Notes under the pieces: generated by a model | What the model was told of the DNA's origin: nothing | Database searches by the model: none | The model's input: only the letters and a program-made list of their open reading frames with translations | Part shown: positions 45,480 through 55,579 of the stretch, in pieces | How positions within the stretch are numbered: the first letter of the stretch is position 1 | Layout: each line of letters starts with the position of its first letter | Assembly: GCA_964465155.1 (NCBI GenBank) | Contig: CAYXIH010000001.1 | Span: 82,609 to 146,608, forward strand | DNA length: 64,000 bases | Reading direction: 5' to 3' | Source of the DNA: an uncultured Sphaerochaeta sp. | GTDB lineage: Bacteria; Spirochaetota; Spirochaetia; Sphaerochaetales; Sphaerochaetaceae | Program-made: the position numbers and the translations under genes

Positions 45480-45980
45480 ATGTTACGAACAGGAATAGAA
45501 CAGACACAGCTGTACCAGGAGTTTGCCCCGCTGCTGTCCCCGCTGGGGATCACCATCGTCGATGTCAACTCCACGGAACACGGAATGACAAGTGCAATTG
45601 CACTCGTCATCAAGACGGAAGACCATGATGTGAACACGCAGGATTGCGCCAAGGCCTACAACTTGTTGTACCCACGCCTTGAGATGCGCCTGGGGGAACG
45701 GGACCTGCACTTGGAAGTGTCGACTCCAGGACTCCAGCGGAATTTCCGTGATATCCATGAGTTCGCGCTGTTCCAAGGCCGCAGGGTACGCTTGTATGAA
45801 AGTGGCAGGGACGCATGGATCGATGGCATGATCTTGGAGACCAATGCGCAGGGTGTGACCTTGGGCAATGTCCATCTCGAGGACCAGAAAGAAGACTTGG
45901 GGACGCAGTTTGTCCCGTTTGAGCAAATACAGAAAGCAAAACTTGATTATAGATGGGAGGATGTTGCACATGTCCAGTGA
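45480..45980 (+). CDS. rimP: ribosome maturation factor RimP
   Basis: 166 aa immediately upstream of, and overlapping, nusA. LEVSTPGLQRNFR matches the RimP core motif (evSSPGl.R.l). Confidence 0.8.
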   Translation: MLRTGIEQTQLYQEFAPLLSPLGITIVDVNSTEHGMTSAIALVIKTEDHDVNTQDCAKAYNLLYPRLEMRLGERDLHLEVSTPGLQRNFRDIHEFALFQGRRVRLYESGRDAWIDGMILETNAQGVTLGNVHLEDQKEDLGTQFVPFEQIQKAKLDYRWEDVAHVQ

Positions 45981-47451
45981 ATTAGGAGAAGCAATCCGCA
46001 GTATGGTTTCCGAAAAGGGTATTTCCCAGGATCTCGTTATCAGTACCATCGAGGATATTCTCCGTGCGGCATACAAGAGAAAGTTTGGGACAGATGAAAA
46101 TGCGGTGATTGAGTTCAACGATGATTTCTCTGACGTCACGTTGAATGCAAAGAGGATCATCGTCGATGATGACAACTACTACAACGAAGTCACTGAGATT
46201 CCCATGAGCGAGGCTGAAGAGCTTCATGAGGGATGTGAGATCGGAGACGAGTTGTTGGTTCCCATCCCGTTGAAGGACTTTGACCGCATCAGCGTCCATA
46301 GTGCCAAGCAGCGCGCCCACCAGTCATTCCGCGACATCCAGAAGGATACTTTGTACAGTGAGTTCAAGGCCAAGGAAGGCCAGATGATCATTGGCTACTA
46401 CCAGCGTGAATCCAATGGTGACATCTTCGTTGACTTGGGTACCACCGAGGGAATCCTCCCCCGGCGCAACCAGAGCAGCAGGGAAGTGTACCGCAAGAAC
46501 GACAAGATCAAATGTTACGTCGAGCGTGTCGAGAAGGCAGAGCGTGGGATCCGCGTCCTCCTTTCCCGCACGAGCCCCGAGCTTGTCCGCATGCTGTTCG
46601 AGATGGAGGTTCCCGAAATCTACGACCACAGCATCGAGATCTACAAGATCGTTCGTGAGGCTGGCTACAGGACCAAGATTGCAGTCTTCTCCCACAGGGA
46701 AGAGATTGACCCCGTCGGTGCCTGCGTAGGTCTCAAGGGTATCCGTATCCAGACGATCATGCGTGAGATCGAAGGGGAGAAGATCGATATCCTCAAGTAC
46801 GATCCAAACCCGGCAGTGTTCATCCGCAATGCATTGTCTCCCGCAGAGGTCCGCAATGTTGTCATCACTGACACCCATACGAACCATGCGCTGGCAATTG
46901 TGGACGAGAACCAGCTCTCCTTGGCAATTGGCAAGCAGGGGCTGAACGTCCGCCTTGCGAACAAACTGTGTGACTGGCTAATCGATGTGAAGACCGAAGC
47001 CCAGTTCGCGGAGATGGATGTTGCAACAGGTGCACGTGAGAAGGCTGACGCCCTCTTTGCTCCCGTTGAAGAAGACTTGGTCGCACCAGCGGAGCAGGTT
47101 GTCGAGGAAGAAGGGATCGAAGTCGATGAGAACGACATCCTCCTTGCCGATCTCCCGATTGACAAGGGTCTGTTGGAGAAGCTCCAGTTCCATGATGTCT
47201 ATACGGTGGGTGAGTATGTGAACCTGACCGAGGATGACCTCAAGGAGTTTGGTGATATCACGGAAGAGGAAATCAAGCATCTGCATGACGTAGTCGTCCA
47301 GTATGTAGATATAGTTGAAGAAGAGCAACTTGAAGAGCCTGCTTCGCAGTACACATGTCCGGAGTGCGGAAGTCCCGTAACCGCCGACATGCAGTCCTGC
47401 CCGAACTGTGGCGTGGGGTTGAGCTTCGAAGAAGTTGATTACGAGGAGTGA
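45970..47451 (+). CDS. nusA: transcription termination/antitermination factor NusA
   Basis: N-terminal GEAIRSMVSEKGISQDLVISTIEDILRAAYKRKFG, an S1 domain, and KH domains (DPVGACVGLKGIRIQ, LSLAIGKQGLNVRLA). GGGAGG lies 9 nt upstream of the ATG at 45970. Confidence 0.95.
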   Translation: MSSELGEAIRSMVSEKGISQDLVISTIEDILRAAYKRKFGTDENAVIEFNDDFSDVTLNAKRIIVDDDNYYNEVTEIPMSEAEELHEGCEIGDELLVPIPLKDFDRISVHSAKQRAHQSFRDIQKDTLYSEFKAKEGQMIIGYYQRESNGDIFVDLGTTEGILPRRNQSSREVYRKNDKIKCYVERVEKAERGIRVLLSRTSPELVRMLFEMEVPEIYDHSIEIYKIVREAGYRTKIAVFSHREEIDPVGACVGLKGIRIQTIMREIEGEKIDILKYDPNPAVFIRNALSPAEVRNVVITDTHTNHALAIVDENQLSLAIGKQGLNVRLANKLCDWLIDVKTEAQFAEMDVATGAREKADALFAPVEEDLVAPAEQVVEEEGIEVDENDILLADLPIDKGLLEKLQFHDVYTVGEYVNLTEDDLKEFGDITEEEIKHLHDVVVQYVDIVEEEQLEEPASQYTCPECGSPVTADMQSCPNCGVGLSFEEVDYEE

Positions 47452-47498
47452 AGATCTGTTCAGAGAATACGACAGATTAATTAATTCGGAAGGAAAGA

Positions 47499-50471
47499 AT
47501 GACGGAAGATAATACGAAACCAAAAGCTACATTGATCAAGCACGTGAAGACGCAACCGACTACTGCACCCGCAGCTCCTGCTTCTGTTGAGAGCAAGGAA
47601 GATTCGTTGCGCAACACTGAGAAGAAGAAGGTAGTCGTCGTCAAGAAGAAGGTCGTCGTGGTCAAGCCACAGCCCCGTCCGGCAGAGCCGGTAGTGGAGC
47701 AGCGTCCTTCCGTTGAGTCGGCTCCTCAGAAACCTTCCGTCACACCAGCTGCTGCACCGCAGAAAGCTGAGACCCCTTCCGCCCAGACCCAGGCAAAACC
47801 TGCACCAGCGGCAGGAGCCAAGATTCAGGTCCGCCCTGCGGTGGCAAAGACGGGTGAACGCCCCAATTCCCCGCTGCACATGGGACCTGTTGTGATTCGG
47901 CCGACCAACCTGCCTCCAGTCCCCAACCAGGGACAGACAGCGGCAGCACATGCCGAATGGAAGAACAACCCCGACAACAAGGCGCCTGCACAGGCTGCCC
48001 CCGCCTCTGCAGGTCCACGTGTGGCCGGCATGGTGGGTGGAAGACCTGCTCCTGGCACCCGTCCTCCGTATCAGAGCGGTCAGCGCACTGGTGGATACCA
48101 GGGCAACAACGACCGTGGCGGATACCAAGGCGGAGCACCGAGGACCGGTGGCTACCAGGGTAACAACGACCGTGGTGGGTACCAAGGCGGAGCACCGAGG
48201 ACCGGTGGCTACCAGGGCAACAACGACCGTGGCGGGTACCAAGGCGGAGCACCCAGAACCGGTGGCTACCAAGGCAACAACGACCGTGGTGGGTACCAAG
48301 GTGGTGCACCGAGAACCGGTGGGTATCAGGGCAATGGTGGCCAGCGCACAGGTGGTTACCAAGGTGGCGCTCCAAGAACTGGCGGTTACCAAGGTGGTGC
48401 ACCTCGTACAGGTGGCTATAATGGTCCACGTACTGGTGGATACAACGGTCCCAGGACCGGTGGTTTCAACGGGCCCCGTACAGGCGGCTTCAATGGACCA
48501 CGCCCAGGTGGTGGCAGACCCGGCGGTGGAACTGGCAACAATGGCGAGTCAATCGATTCATTGGCACAGAAGTCCACCAAGAAGGTCTTCAAGAAGAAGG
48601 ACGCCGCTTCCTACAAGAAGAGAGATGCAGAGCAGGAGAAGGAATTCCAGATCCAGCGCCGCAAGGAAGCTCTGGCCAAGGCCAATCCAGTACCCAAGTC
48701 GATTGATATTGTCGACGTGATCACTGTCGGTGACCTTGCCAAGAAGATGAACCTCAAGGCGAGCGAAATTATCTCCAAGCTGTTCAAGATGGGGATGATG
48801 GTGACGATCAACCAGCAGATTGATAGCGACACCGCTACGATCATCGCATCCGAATATGGTTGTGAAGTGCACTTGGTGTCCCTGTATGATGAGACCCTCA
48901 TTGCAAGCGAAGAGGACCATCCTGATGATGTGATTCCACGTGCCCCGATCGTGACGATCATGGGCCACGTTGACCACGGCAAGACCAAGTTGTTGGATGC
49001 AATCCGTTCGACCAACGTCGTAGCCGGTGAGTTCGGTGGCATCACCCAGCATATCGGTGCATACAAGGTATCCATCCCAGACCGTGGCGATGTGGTGTTC
49101 CTCGATACTCCGGGCCATGCTGCATTTACCATGATGCGTGCCCGTGGTGCCCAGGTGACCGACATTGTCATTCTGGTGGTTGCCGCCAACGACGGCGTCA
49201 TGCCCCAGACCTTGGAAGCCATCGACCATGCACGTGCTGCGAAGGTACCCATCATCGTGGCCATCAACAAGGTTGACCTCGTCGAGGCAAACCCTGACCG
49301 TGTCATGCAGCAGCTCTCCGACCATGGGCTCATGCCCGAGGCTTGGGGTGGCACCACGCTGTACTGCCAGATCTCTGCTTTGAAGAAGCAGGGCATCGAC
49401 GAACTGTTGGATACGATCTTGCTGCAGGCAGAGATGCTTGAGCTGACCGCCAACCCCAACGTCAGGGCAGAAGGCAAGGTGCTCGAGTCCCGCATCGATC
49501 AAGGCCGAGGTATTGTTGCCTCCGTCCTCGTCGAGCGTGGTACGCTGCACCAGGGTGACTATTATGTCGCTGGCATCTATCCAGGCCGTGTACGTGCAAT
49601 GTTCGACGACAAGGGCGTCAGGATTACTGAAGCAGGGCCGTCCACTCCCGTTGAGATCATCGGTTTGTCCGACATCCCATCCGCAGGTGACCCGTTCCAG
49701 GTGACCGAGGATGAACGCCAGGCACGCCAGGTTGGTTCGAAGAGACAGGAACTGGAACGCCTGGGCAGCGGAAAGAACGCCAAGAAGGTGACGTTGGAGA
49801 ACCTCAACCAGGCACTTGCCAGCGGTGAGATCCAAGACTTCAACGTCATCATCAAGGGTGACGTACAAGGCTCCGTCGAGGCACTGCAGAGTTCCCTCGA
49901 GCGCTTGTCGACCAATGAGATCCGCCTGAATGTCATCAGGGCAAGTGCCGGTGCAATCATCGAGAGCGATATTACCTTGGCAAGTGCATCCAATGCATTG
50001 GTCATCGGATTCAATGTCCGTCCTACACCCAAGGCCCAGGCTTTGGCTGAGCAGGAGAAGGTCGATATCCGCAAGTACAATATCATCTATGACGTTGTGG
50101 ACGATATCCGCATGGCCATGGAAGGCATGTTGACGCCCGATACGAAGGAAGTCGATATTGGTAGTGTGGAGGTACGGGATCTCTTCAAGGTTCCCAAGAT
50201 TGGAGTCATCGCAGGCTGTTATGTCCTGGACGGCAAGGTCAAGCGCAATGCGTTCGTCCGTGTCATCCGCGACAGCATCCAGATGAACAAGAATCTGGTC
50301 AAGCTTTCATCGCTCAGACGCTTCAAGGACGACGCTAAGGAAGTGGCAGCCGGATACGAATGTGGTATTGGGCTGGAGAATTTCCAGGACCTGCAGGTCG
50401 GCGATATCCTCGAGGTAGTCGAGACAGTGGAAGTTGCCAAGAAACTGAGTGATTCCCAGGTAAAGATATGA
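47499..50471 (+). CDS. infB: translation initiation factor IF-2
   Basis: G-domain [19 protein letters not shown] and NKVD, plus canonical C-terminal domains. The N-terminal ~330 aa is low-complexity. Confidence 0.95.
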   Translation: MTEDNTKPKATLIKHVKTQPTTAPAAPASVESKEDSLRNTEKKKVVVVKKKVVVVKPQPRPAEPVVEQRPSVESAPQKPSVTPAAAPQKAETPSAQTQAKPAPAAGAKIQVRPAVAKTGERPNSPLHMGPVVIRPTNLPPVPNQGQTAAAHAEWKNNPDNKAPAQAAPASAGPRVAGMVGGRPAPGTRPPYQSGQRTGGYQGNNDRGGYQGGAPRTGGYQGNNDRGGYQGGAPRTGGYQGNNDRGGYQGGAPRTGGYQGNNDRGGYQGGAPRTGGYQGNGGQRTGGYQGGAPRTGGYQGGAPRTGGYNGPRTGGYNGPRTGGFNGPRTGGFNGPRPGGGRPGGGTGNNGESIDSLAQKSTKKVFKKKDAASYKKRDAEQEKEFQIQRRKEALAKANPVPKSIDIVDVITVGDLAKKMNLKASEIISKLFKMGMMVTINQQIDSDTATIIASEYGCEVHLVSLYDETLIASEEDHPDDVIPRAPIVTIMGHVDHGKTKLLDAIRSTNVVAGEFGGITQHIGAYKVSIPDRGDVVFLDTPGHAAFTMMRARGAQVTDIVILVVAANDGVMPQTLEAIDHARAAKVPIIVAINKVDLVEANPDRVMQQLSDHGLMPEAWGGTTLYCQISALKKQGIDELLDTILLQAEMLELTANPNVRAEGKVLESRIDQGRGIVASVLVERGTLHQGDYYVAGIYPGRVRAMFDDKGVRITEAGPSTPVEIIGLSDIPSAGDPFQVTEDERQARQVGSKRQELERLGSGKNAKKVTLENLNQALASGEIQDFNVIIKGDVQGSVEALQSSLERLSTNEIRLNVIRASAGAIIESDITLASASNALVIGFNVRPTPKAQALAEQEKVDIRKYNIIYDVVDDIRMAMEGMLTPDTKEVDIGSVEVRDLFKVPKIGVIAGCYVLDGKVKRNAFVRVIRDSIQMNKNLVKLSSLRRFKDDAKEVAAGYECGIGLENFQDLQVGDILEVVETVEVAKKLSDSQVKI
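48090..48535 (+). repeat. in-frame tandem repeat inside infB (four 57-bp units, then degenerate 24-33-bp units)
   Basis: Units start at 48090, 48147, 48204 and 48261, and each encodes [19 protein letters not shown]. They are followed by [10 protein letters not shown] x2, GGYNGPRT x2 and GGFNGPRT x2. All nucleotide differences among the four long units are synonymous. Confidence 0.9.
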
Positions 50472-50854
50472 GTGAATATAGTCAGAAACGGATTGAGAGC
50501 AAATTGATGGAGGCGATCAGCACGCTGATCGTCACCAATGAGATCAAGCAGCCGAACCTGAGCACCTTGTGCTCGGTCTCACGCGTACAGTTGTCCCGCG
50601 ACAATGCATACGCAACTGTCTTCATCTCTTCCGTGCTGAACGATGAATCTCTGGACAAGAGCGTGGTGGCATTGCAAAATGCCGCTCCGTTCATCCAAAA
50701 GAGGGTAGGAGCGTTCCTCAAGACGCGCAATACCCCCAGGTTGACTTTCAAAGCCGACCACTCGATCAAGGACGGGCAGGCAGTCAATGACCTGATTGCA
50801 GCAGTTTCCCGTCCCATGACCGAGGAATCGGAGAAGGAAGAAGATGGGGAATAA
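50468..50854 (+). CDS. rbfA: ribosome-binding factor A
   Basis: Its ATG overlaps the infB TGA (ATGA). RIESKLMEAISTLI...VSRVQLSRDNAYATVFIS is typical RbfA. Confidence 0.9.
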   Translation: MSEYSQKRIESKLMEAISTLIVTNEIKQPNLSTLCSVSRVQLSRDNAYATVFISSVLNDESLDKSVVALQNAAPFIQKRVGAFLKTRNTPRLTFKADHSIKDGQAVNDLIAAVSRPMTEESEKEEDGE

Positions 50855-51764
50855 TCCATCCGTTCTCCTGATCGATAAACAACCGGGGTTGACTTCGTTC
50901 GCCTCGCTGTATCCCGTCAAACGGCATGTCGACCGCAAGGTCGGTCATGCCGGTACACTTGACAAGTTTGCACAGGGCCTGATGATTGTCCTTACCGGGG
51001 CAATGACCAGGCTCAATCCATTGTTCTCCAACATGGACAAGGAGTATGTGGCGACCATCCGCTTTGGTGAAGAGACAGATACCCTTGACCCGGAGGGTGA
51101 GGTAATCGCCACAGGTCCGATTCCTACGCTTGATACCATCAGGCATGTCATTGAAGCTTCATTCTTGGGGGAACTGCAACAGTATCCTCCTGCCTATAGT
51201 GCCCTGCATATTGATGGACAGCGTGCATATACCCTTGCTCGCAAGGGCAAGGAAGTGCAGATGCCCCTGCGGGACATCACAATCTATTCATTTGAAGTAA
51301 TGGGGTGGAATCCACCCGATCTGCAAGCCCGGATCCGCGTCAGCAAAGGAACCTACATTCGTTCCATTGCACGTGACCTGGCACATGCTTGTGGAACGTT
51401 CGGTCGGCTGGAAACATTGCAGAGAACCTCAATTGGTCCATACCGGCTTGAAGAGGCAGTCGATCCTGACGATACTGACAAGCTACGGACCTCGGTAGGC
51501 AACACTCCCCATCTGCTTTCCCTGCTTCCCGGTTGCTGTTCGATGACGCTGGCTCAGGTGGCTTTGTTTCCCCTCTCCAATGGGACGATGCCCAAGTCTG
51601 ACCAGGTTGTCTCCAGCACGTATGCTCCAGGGGATGGCTATGCTTTGTTGTATGGCCCAATGGAGGACCGGCTGCTAGCCGTTGCTTCCTTGAAGACCGA
51701 TGGAACCATACAGCGTGTTGTTGCCCATATCGACCGGCAAGGGGGACATGATGACAACGCATGA
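50844..51764 (+). CDS. truB: tRNA pseudouridine(55) synthase TruB
   Basis: LLIDKQPGLTSF ... GHAGTLDKFAQGLM (catalytic Asp motif) ... PPAYSALHIDGQRAY. Confidence 0.9.
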   Translation: MGNNPSVLLIDKQPGLTSFASLYPVKRHVDRKVGHAGTLDKFAQGLMIVLTGAMTRLNPLFSNMDKEYVATIRFGEETDTLDPEGEVIATGPIPTLDTIRHVIEASFLGELQQYPPAYSALHIDGQRAYTLARKGKEVQMPLRDITIYSFEVMGWNPPDLQARIRVSKGTYIRSIARDLAHACGTFGRLETLQRTSIGPYRLEEAVDPDDTDKLRTSVGNTPHLLSLLPGCCSMTLAQVALFPLSNGTMPKSDQVVSSTYAPGDGYALLYGPMEDRLLAVASLKTDGTIQRVVAHIDRQGGHDDNA

Positions 51765-52593
51765 TTTTCTCTATTTGGTAAAGACTCCTGTTTTGTGGAA
51801 GACTCCGATGGCATTGACCATTGGGGTCTTTGATGGACTGCACAAGGGACACCAGCAAGTACTGGAAACAGTTACGAGGATTGCAGGTGAGCACCAGCAG
51901 GAACAGTGGGAGACAATGGCGATTATTTTCGATCGAAACCCGAAAATGGCCATGGGGAGCCGTCAATCCTACAAACCCCTGCTGTCCCGTTCCCAAACTG
52001 AAGAATTCTTTGCAAAACTAGGATTTGATTACCTTGTGGTGATTGACTTTTCTGATGATTTTAGTAAAATCACTGGAGAAGAGTTCATCTCCTTGGTATG
52101 TGGCTTATGCTCAGTCAAGGCGATGGTAGTCGGAGAAGATTTCCGCTGCGGTGCCCCGGCTTCTGCTGCCGGACCTGTTCAGCTGCAGGATAATTTGTCC
52201 CGGCTCGCCCCTGGCTCTACTGTTACAGTCTGCCCGTTCGTTCAGGATGTGGAAGGCGATGTGATCAGTAGTTCGATGGTGCGTGAAAACCTTCAAAAGG
52301 GCATGCTGTCAGCAGTCAGCAATATGCTCGGCAGAGATTACGAGGTGGACTTGGCACCATATTCGTCCAAGCCTTCCGAAGACTCCCTGTTGTACCGCAC
52401 CGGACAAATCATGCAGCTCCTTCCTAAGGACGGAATGTATGAAGCATCGGTACGGGATGTGGATGGTTCTATGCTTGCGGTTGTGGCCTCGATCGACGAG
52501 ACCTACCTGCAGTTGGACTTCCCAGCCGGTACGGATGTGACGATGGTGCGGCCAGTTCGCGTTTTTTTTCATCAAGGAGTTACAGAATGTTGA
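51748..52593 (+). CDS. ribF: FAD synthetase / RibF-like protein (C-terminal kinase module divergent)
   Basis: The N-terminal nucleotidyltransferase module has [17 protein letters not shown] and [10 protein letters not shown]. In the C-terminal ~110 aa I could not find the usual G-x-P-T-A-N block. Confidence 0.7.
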   Translation: MMTTHDFLYLVKTPVLWKTPMALTIGVFDGLHKGHQQVLETVTRIAGEHQQEQWETMAIIFDRNPKMAMGSRQSYKPLLSRSQTEEFFAKLGFDYLVVIDFSDDFSKITGEEFISLVCGLCSVKAMVVGEDFRCGAPASAAGPVQLQDNLSRLAPGSTVTVCPFVQDVEGDVISSSMVRENLQKGMLSAVSNMLGRDYEVDLAPYSSKPSEDSLLYRTGQIMQLLPKDGMYEASVRDVDGSMLAVVASIDETYLQLDFPAGTDVTMVRPVRVFFHQGVTEC

Positions 52594-52853
52594 CTAACGA
52601 ACAGAAGAAAGAGATCATCGTGAAGTTCGGTGGTGCCGAAACCAACACCGGTTCCAGCGCAGTGCAGATCGCATTGCTCACCGCACGCATCAATGACCTG
52701 CAGGACCATTTCAAGTCGAACCCCAAGGACCATGCTGGTCGCCGTGGTTTGCTGAAGATGGTTGGTCAGAGACGCCGCCTCCTCAAGTATGTGCGCCAGA
52801 ACGATATCAACCAGTATCGTGACCTGTTGCAGCAGCTTGGCCTGAGAAAGTAA
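52587..52853 (+). CDS. rpsO: 30S ribosomal protein S15
   Basis: 88 aa: [48 protein letters not shown]. Confidence 0.97.
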   Translation: MLTNEQKKEIIVKFGGAETNTGSSAVQIALLTARINDLQDHFKSNPKDHAGRRGLLKMVGQRRRLLKYVRQNDINQYRDLLQQLGLRK

Positions 52854-52883
52854 TTTGGCGAGGCTCAGTTTGAAGTAACCGAT

Positions 52884-52930
52884 GAGCTCCAGATCAGTCC
52901 CATGGGGAAGATTTGGAGCTTTTCGTTTTA
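52884..52930 (+). terminator. rpsO terminator / pnp leader hairpin
   Basis: Long hairpin: AGCTCCAGATC (52885-52895) pairs with GATTTGGAGCT (52910-52920) with one G-U, and there is an inner TCCC/GGGA pairing. It is followed by TTTTCGTTTT. It sits where rpsO-pnp intercistronic control hairpins occur in other bacteria. Confidence 0.7.
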
Positions 52931-53000
52931 TATTGCAAGCCTGGGTTCTCGTGCATCAGAAAGAAGAACGAAAAAAGAAGTAGAAAGGAAGTAACAAAGA

Positions 53001-55115
53001 ATGTCAGATGTAAAGAAAGTTTCAGTACGCATTGGAGACCATGACCTGGTCCTCGAAACCGGAAAGATTGCCAAGCAGGCAAGTGGTTCCGTATATGCCC
53101 ATTATGCAGGCAGCGCGGTTATTGCAACCGTATGCTGTGGCGAAGCACCCAGCGAACCCCTCGATTATGTTCCCCTCCAGGTTGAATACAATGAAAAATA
53201 CTATGCAGCGGGCAAAATTCCCGGTGGATTCCTCAAGAGGGAATCACGCCCCAAGGACAAGGAGATTCTCGTCTCCCGCCTGATCGACCGCCCCATGCGC
53301 CCCCTGTTCGACAAAGCTTTCGGCCGTGAGATCCAGATTGTCCCGACAGTCGTATCCTCCGACCAGTCCAATACCCCAGACATCATCGCCATGATCGCTG
53401 CTTCCGCAGCCGTGACTATCAGTGATATCCCCTTCGCAGGCCCCGTCGCTGCAGTACGTATTGCACTCATTGGCGATGAGTATGTGATCAACCCCACCTT
53501 CCAGCAGATTGCACAGGCAAAGCTGGACATCGTCGTCGCTGGTACCCAGGACGGAATCACGATGGTCGAAGGTGGAGCACATGAAGTTTCCGAAGAGATG
53601 ATGCTCAAGGCTATCGAGACTGCCCAGCCTGTCATCACCAAGCTCTGCCAGGCTCAGCTTGAGCTCGCCAAGCTTGCAGGTAAGGAAAAGCTTCCCGTCA
53701 TGCAGGTCACAGAGGATCTTTCATGGCTCGAACCCGTACGCGAATTTGCATACCCCTTGATCCGCGAGGCTTCCTTCGTCAAGGGAAAGATGAATCGCTA
53801 TGCCGCCCTTGACGTGGCCCATTCCAAGGTCAAGGAACAGTTTGCTGAAGTGATTTCTGCTGAGGGCAAGCGCTCGGGTCAGCTCGCATCGATGTTCGAT
53901 GACCTCGAGTACCAGATCCTGCGCAAGAGCATCCTGGACGACGGTCTCCGCACTGATGGAAGAAAAGTCGACCAGATCCGCCCGATTACCTGTGAGACGA
54001 GTGTCCTTGAGAGAACCCATGGTTCTGCACTCTTCACCCGTGGTGAGACCCAGGCACTGGCTGTCACCACCTTGGGAACCACCAGCGACGAGCAGATGTT
54101 CGACACCATCGATGGCGAGAAGAGCTACAGCTCCTTCATGCTCCACTACAACTTCCCTCCGTATTCGGTAGGTGAATGTGGACGCCTGACCACCGGACGC
54201 CGTGAGATTGGCCATGGCCACCTTGCACAGCGTGCACTTGAAGCGATTGTTCCTCCCAAGGAGAAGTTCCCGTACACGATCCGTGTCGTCAGTGAGATCA
54301 TGGAATCCAATGGTTCCTCCTCAATGGCTTCCGTCTGTGGCGGTTGTCTCTCCATGATGGACGCAGGCGTTCCCATCAAGAAGCCTGTGGCTGGTATCGC
54401 AATGGGCCTGATCACCGAAGGTGCCGACTATGCACGCTATGCAGTGCTCTCCGACATCCTGGGTGAGGAAGACCACCTTGGCGACATGGACTTCAAGGTA
54501 GCAGGTACTGAAGATGGTATCACTGCATTCCAGATGGACATCAAGATTGCTGGCGTCACCCCCGAGATCATGAGCAAGGCTCTTGACCAGGCAAAGCGTG
54601 GCCGCATGCATATCCTTGGCATCATGCAGGAATGCCTGCCAGCCTACCGTTCCGAGATTTCCGAGTATGCACCGAAGATCCTGACGATCAAGGTTGCAGA
54701 GGACAAGATTGGAGCTGTCATCGGTACTGGTGGTAAGACCATCAAGGGTATCGCCCAGCAGACTGGTGCTGAAGTGAACATCGATGACGACGGAACCGTC
54801 ACCATCTTTGGACGCAACAATGCATCTGCTCAGGCAGCCAAGGACCTGGTCAAGTCAATCGTCGAGGAGCCTGAAGTTGGCCGCATCTACCAGGGCACCG
54901 TCAAGAGAATCATGGACTTCGGTGCATTCATCGAGATTCTCCCTGGCAAGGAAGGCCTCTGCCACATCTCCAAGATGGCAAAGACTCGTGTAAACAATGT
55001 CAACGATGTCCTGACTGTCGGACAGAGCATCCCCGTGAAGCTGATTGAAGTAGACCGCATGAACCGCCTCAACCTCAGCTACATCGATGCCCTCGAGGAT
55101 CAAGAGTCAAAGTAA
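53001..55115 (+). CDS. pnp: polyribonucleotide nucleotidyltransferase (PNPase)
   Basis: Two RNase PH domains, a KH domain (IGAVIGTGGKTIKGI) and an S1 domain (GRIYQGTVKRIMDFGAFIEILPGKEGLCHIS). Confidence 0.97.
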   Translation: MSDVKKVSVRIGDHDLVLETGKIAKQASGSVYAHYAGSAVIATVCCGEAPSEPLDYVPLQVEYNEKYYAAGKIPGGFLKRESRPKDKEILVSRLIDRPMRPLFDKAFGREIQIVPTVVSSDQSNTPDIIAMIAASAAVTISDIPFAGPVAAVRIALIGDEYVINPTFQQIAQAKLDIVVAGTQDGITMVEGGAHEVSEEMMLKAIETAQPVITKLCQAQLELAKLAGKEKLPVMQVTEDLSWLEPVREFAYPLIREASFVKGKMNRYAALDVAHSKVKEQFAEVISAEGKRSGQLASMFDDLEYQILRKSILDDGLRTDGRKVDQIRPITCETSVLERTHGSALFTRGETQALAVTTLGTTSDEQMFDTIDGEKSYSSFMLHYNFPPYSVGECGRLTTGRREIGHGHLAQRALEAIVPPKEKFPYTIRVVSEIMESNGSSSMASVCGGCLSMMDAGVPIKKPVAGIAMGLITEGADYARYAVLSDILGEEDHLGDMDFKVAGTEDGITAFQMDIKIAGVTPEIMSKALDQAKRGRMHILGIMQECLPAYRSEISEYAPKILTIKVAEDKIGAVIGTGGKTIKGIAQQTGAEVNIDDDGTVTIFGRNNASAQAAKDLVKSIVEEPEVGRIYQGTVKRIMDFGAFIEILPGKEGLCHISKMAKTRVNNVNDVLTVGQSIPVKLIEVDRMNRLNLSYIDALEDQESK

Positions 55116-55564
55116 TGGACAAGCACCTGCCGACTGTCATGGTCACACTCACCGAAGGGGCAACGATTCCTGAATATCAGACTGCCGGCGCCGCCGGCGC
55201 TGATATCAGGGCATTCCTCCCTGACGGTGACATGACCTTGGCAAGCGGAAGTTTTGCCTGCATCCCCACTGGGCTTCGCATTGCGATACCCAGTGGTTTT
55301 GAAGCCCAGGTCCGGCCAAGGTCAGGTCTTGCCGCCAAGTACGGCGTGACAGTCCTCAATGCACCTGGGACAATCGATTGCGACTACCGTGGTGAAGTGG
55401 GGGTCATCCTCATCAACCACGGTCCGTCGCCATTTATAGTTCATGACGGAGACCGCATTGCACAATTGGTGATTGCACGCTGCGAGCAATGTCTCTTTGA
55501 AACAGTCATGGCATTGGATGATACGCATAGGGGTTCCGGAGGGTTTGGGTCCACTGGTACCTGA
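55115..55564 (+). CDS. dut: dUTP diphosphatase
   Basis: GAAGADIRA, RPRSGLAAKYGV, GTIDCDYRGEV and RGSGGFGSTG motifs. Its ATG overlaps the pnp TAA. Confidence 0.95.
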   Translation: MDKHLPTVMVTLTEGATIPEYQTAGAAGADIRAFLPDGDMTLASGSFACIPTGLRIAIPSGFEAQVRPRSGLAAKYGVTVLNAPGTIDCDYRGEVGVILINHGPSPFIVHDGDRIAQLVIARCEQCLFETVMALDDTHRGSGGFGSTGT

Positions 55565-55579
55565 TTGGGGTAAACACGG

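Noticed and set aside
47481-48392. 303-aa and 229-aa - strand ORFs (and a 256-aa + frame ORF) over the infB repeat region
   Set aside because: They are artefacts of the GC-rich tandem repeat, which keeps all frames open. Only the IF-2 frame continues into a conserved domain, and only that frame shows purely synonymous variation between repeat units.
48090-48535. Tandem repeats considered as a CRISPR-like or minisatellite array
   Set aside because: The units are contiguous with no spacers and are in-frame within infB. They are therefore a coding repeat, not a CRISPR array.
48558-49868. 436-aa ORF on the - strand inside infB
   Set aside because: It lies antisense to the IF-2 G-domain, which has canonical GTPase motifs on the + strand. 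It has no motifs or RBS of its own.
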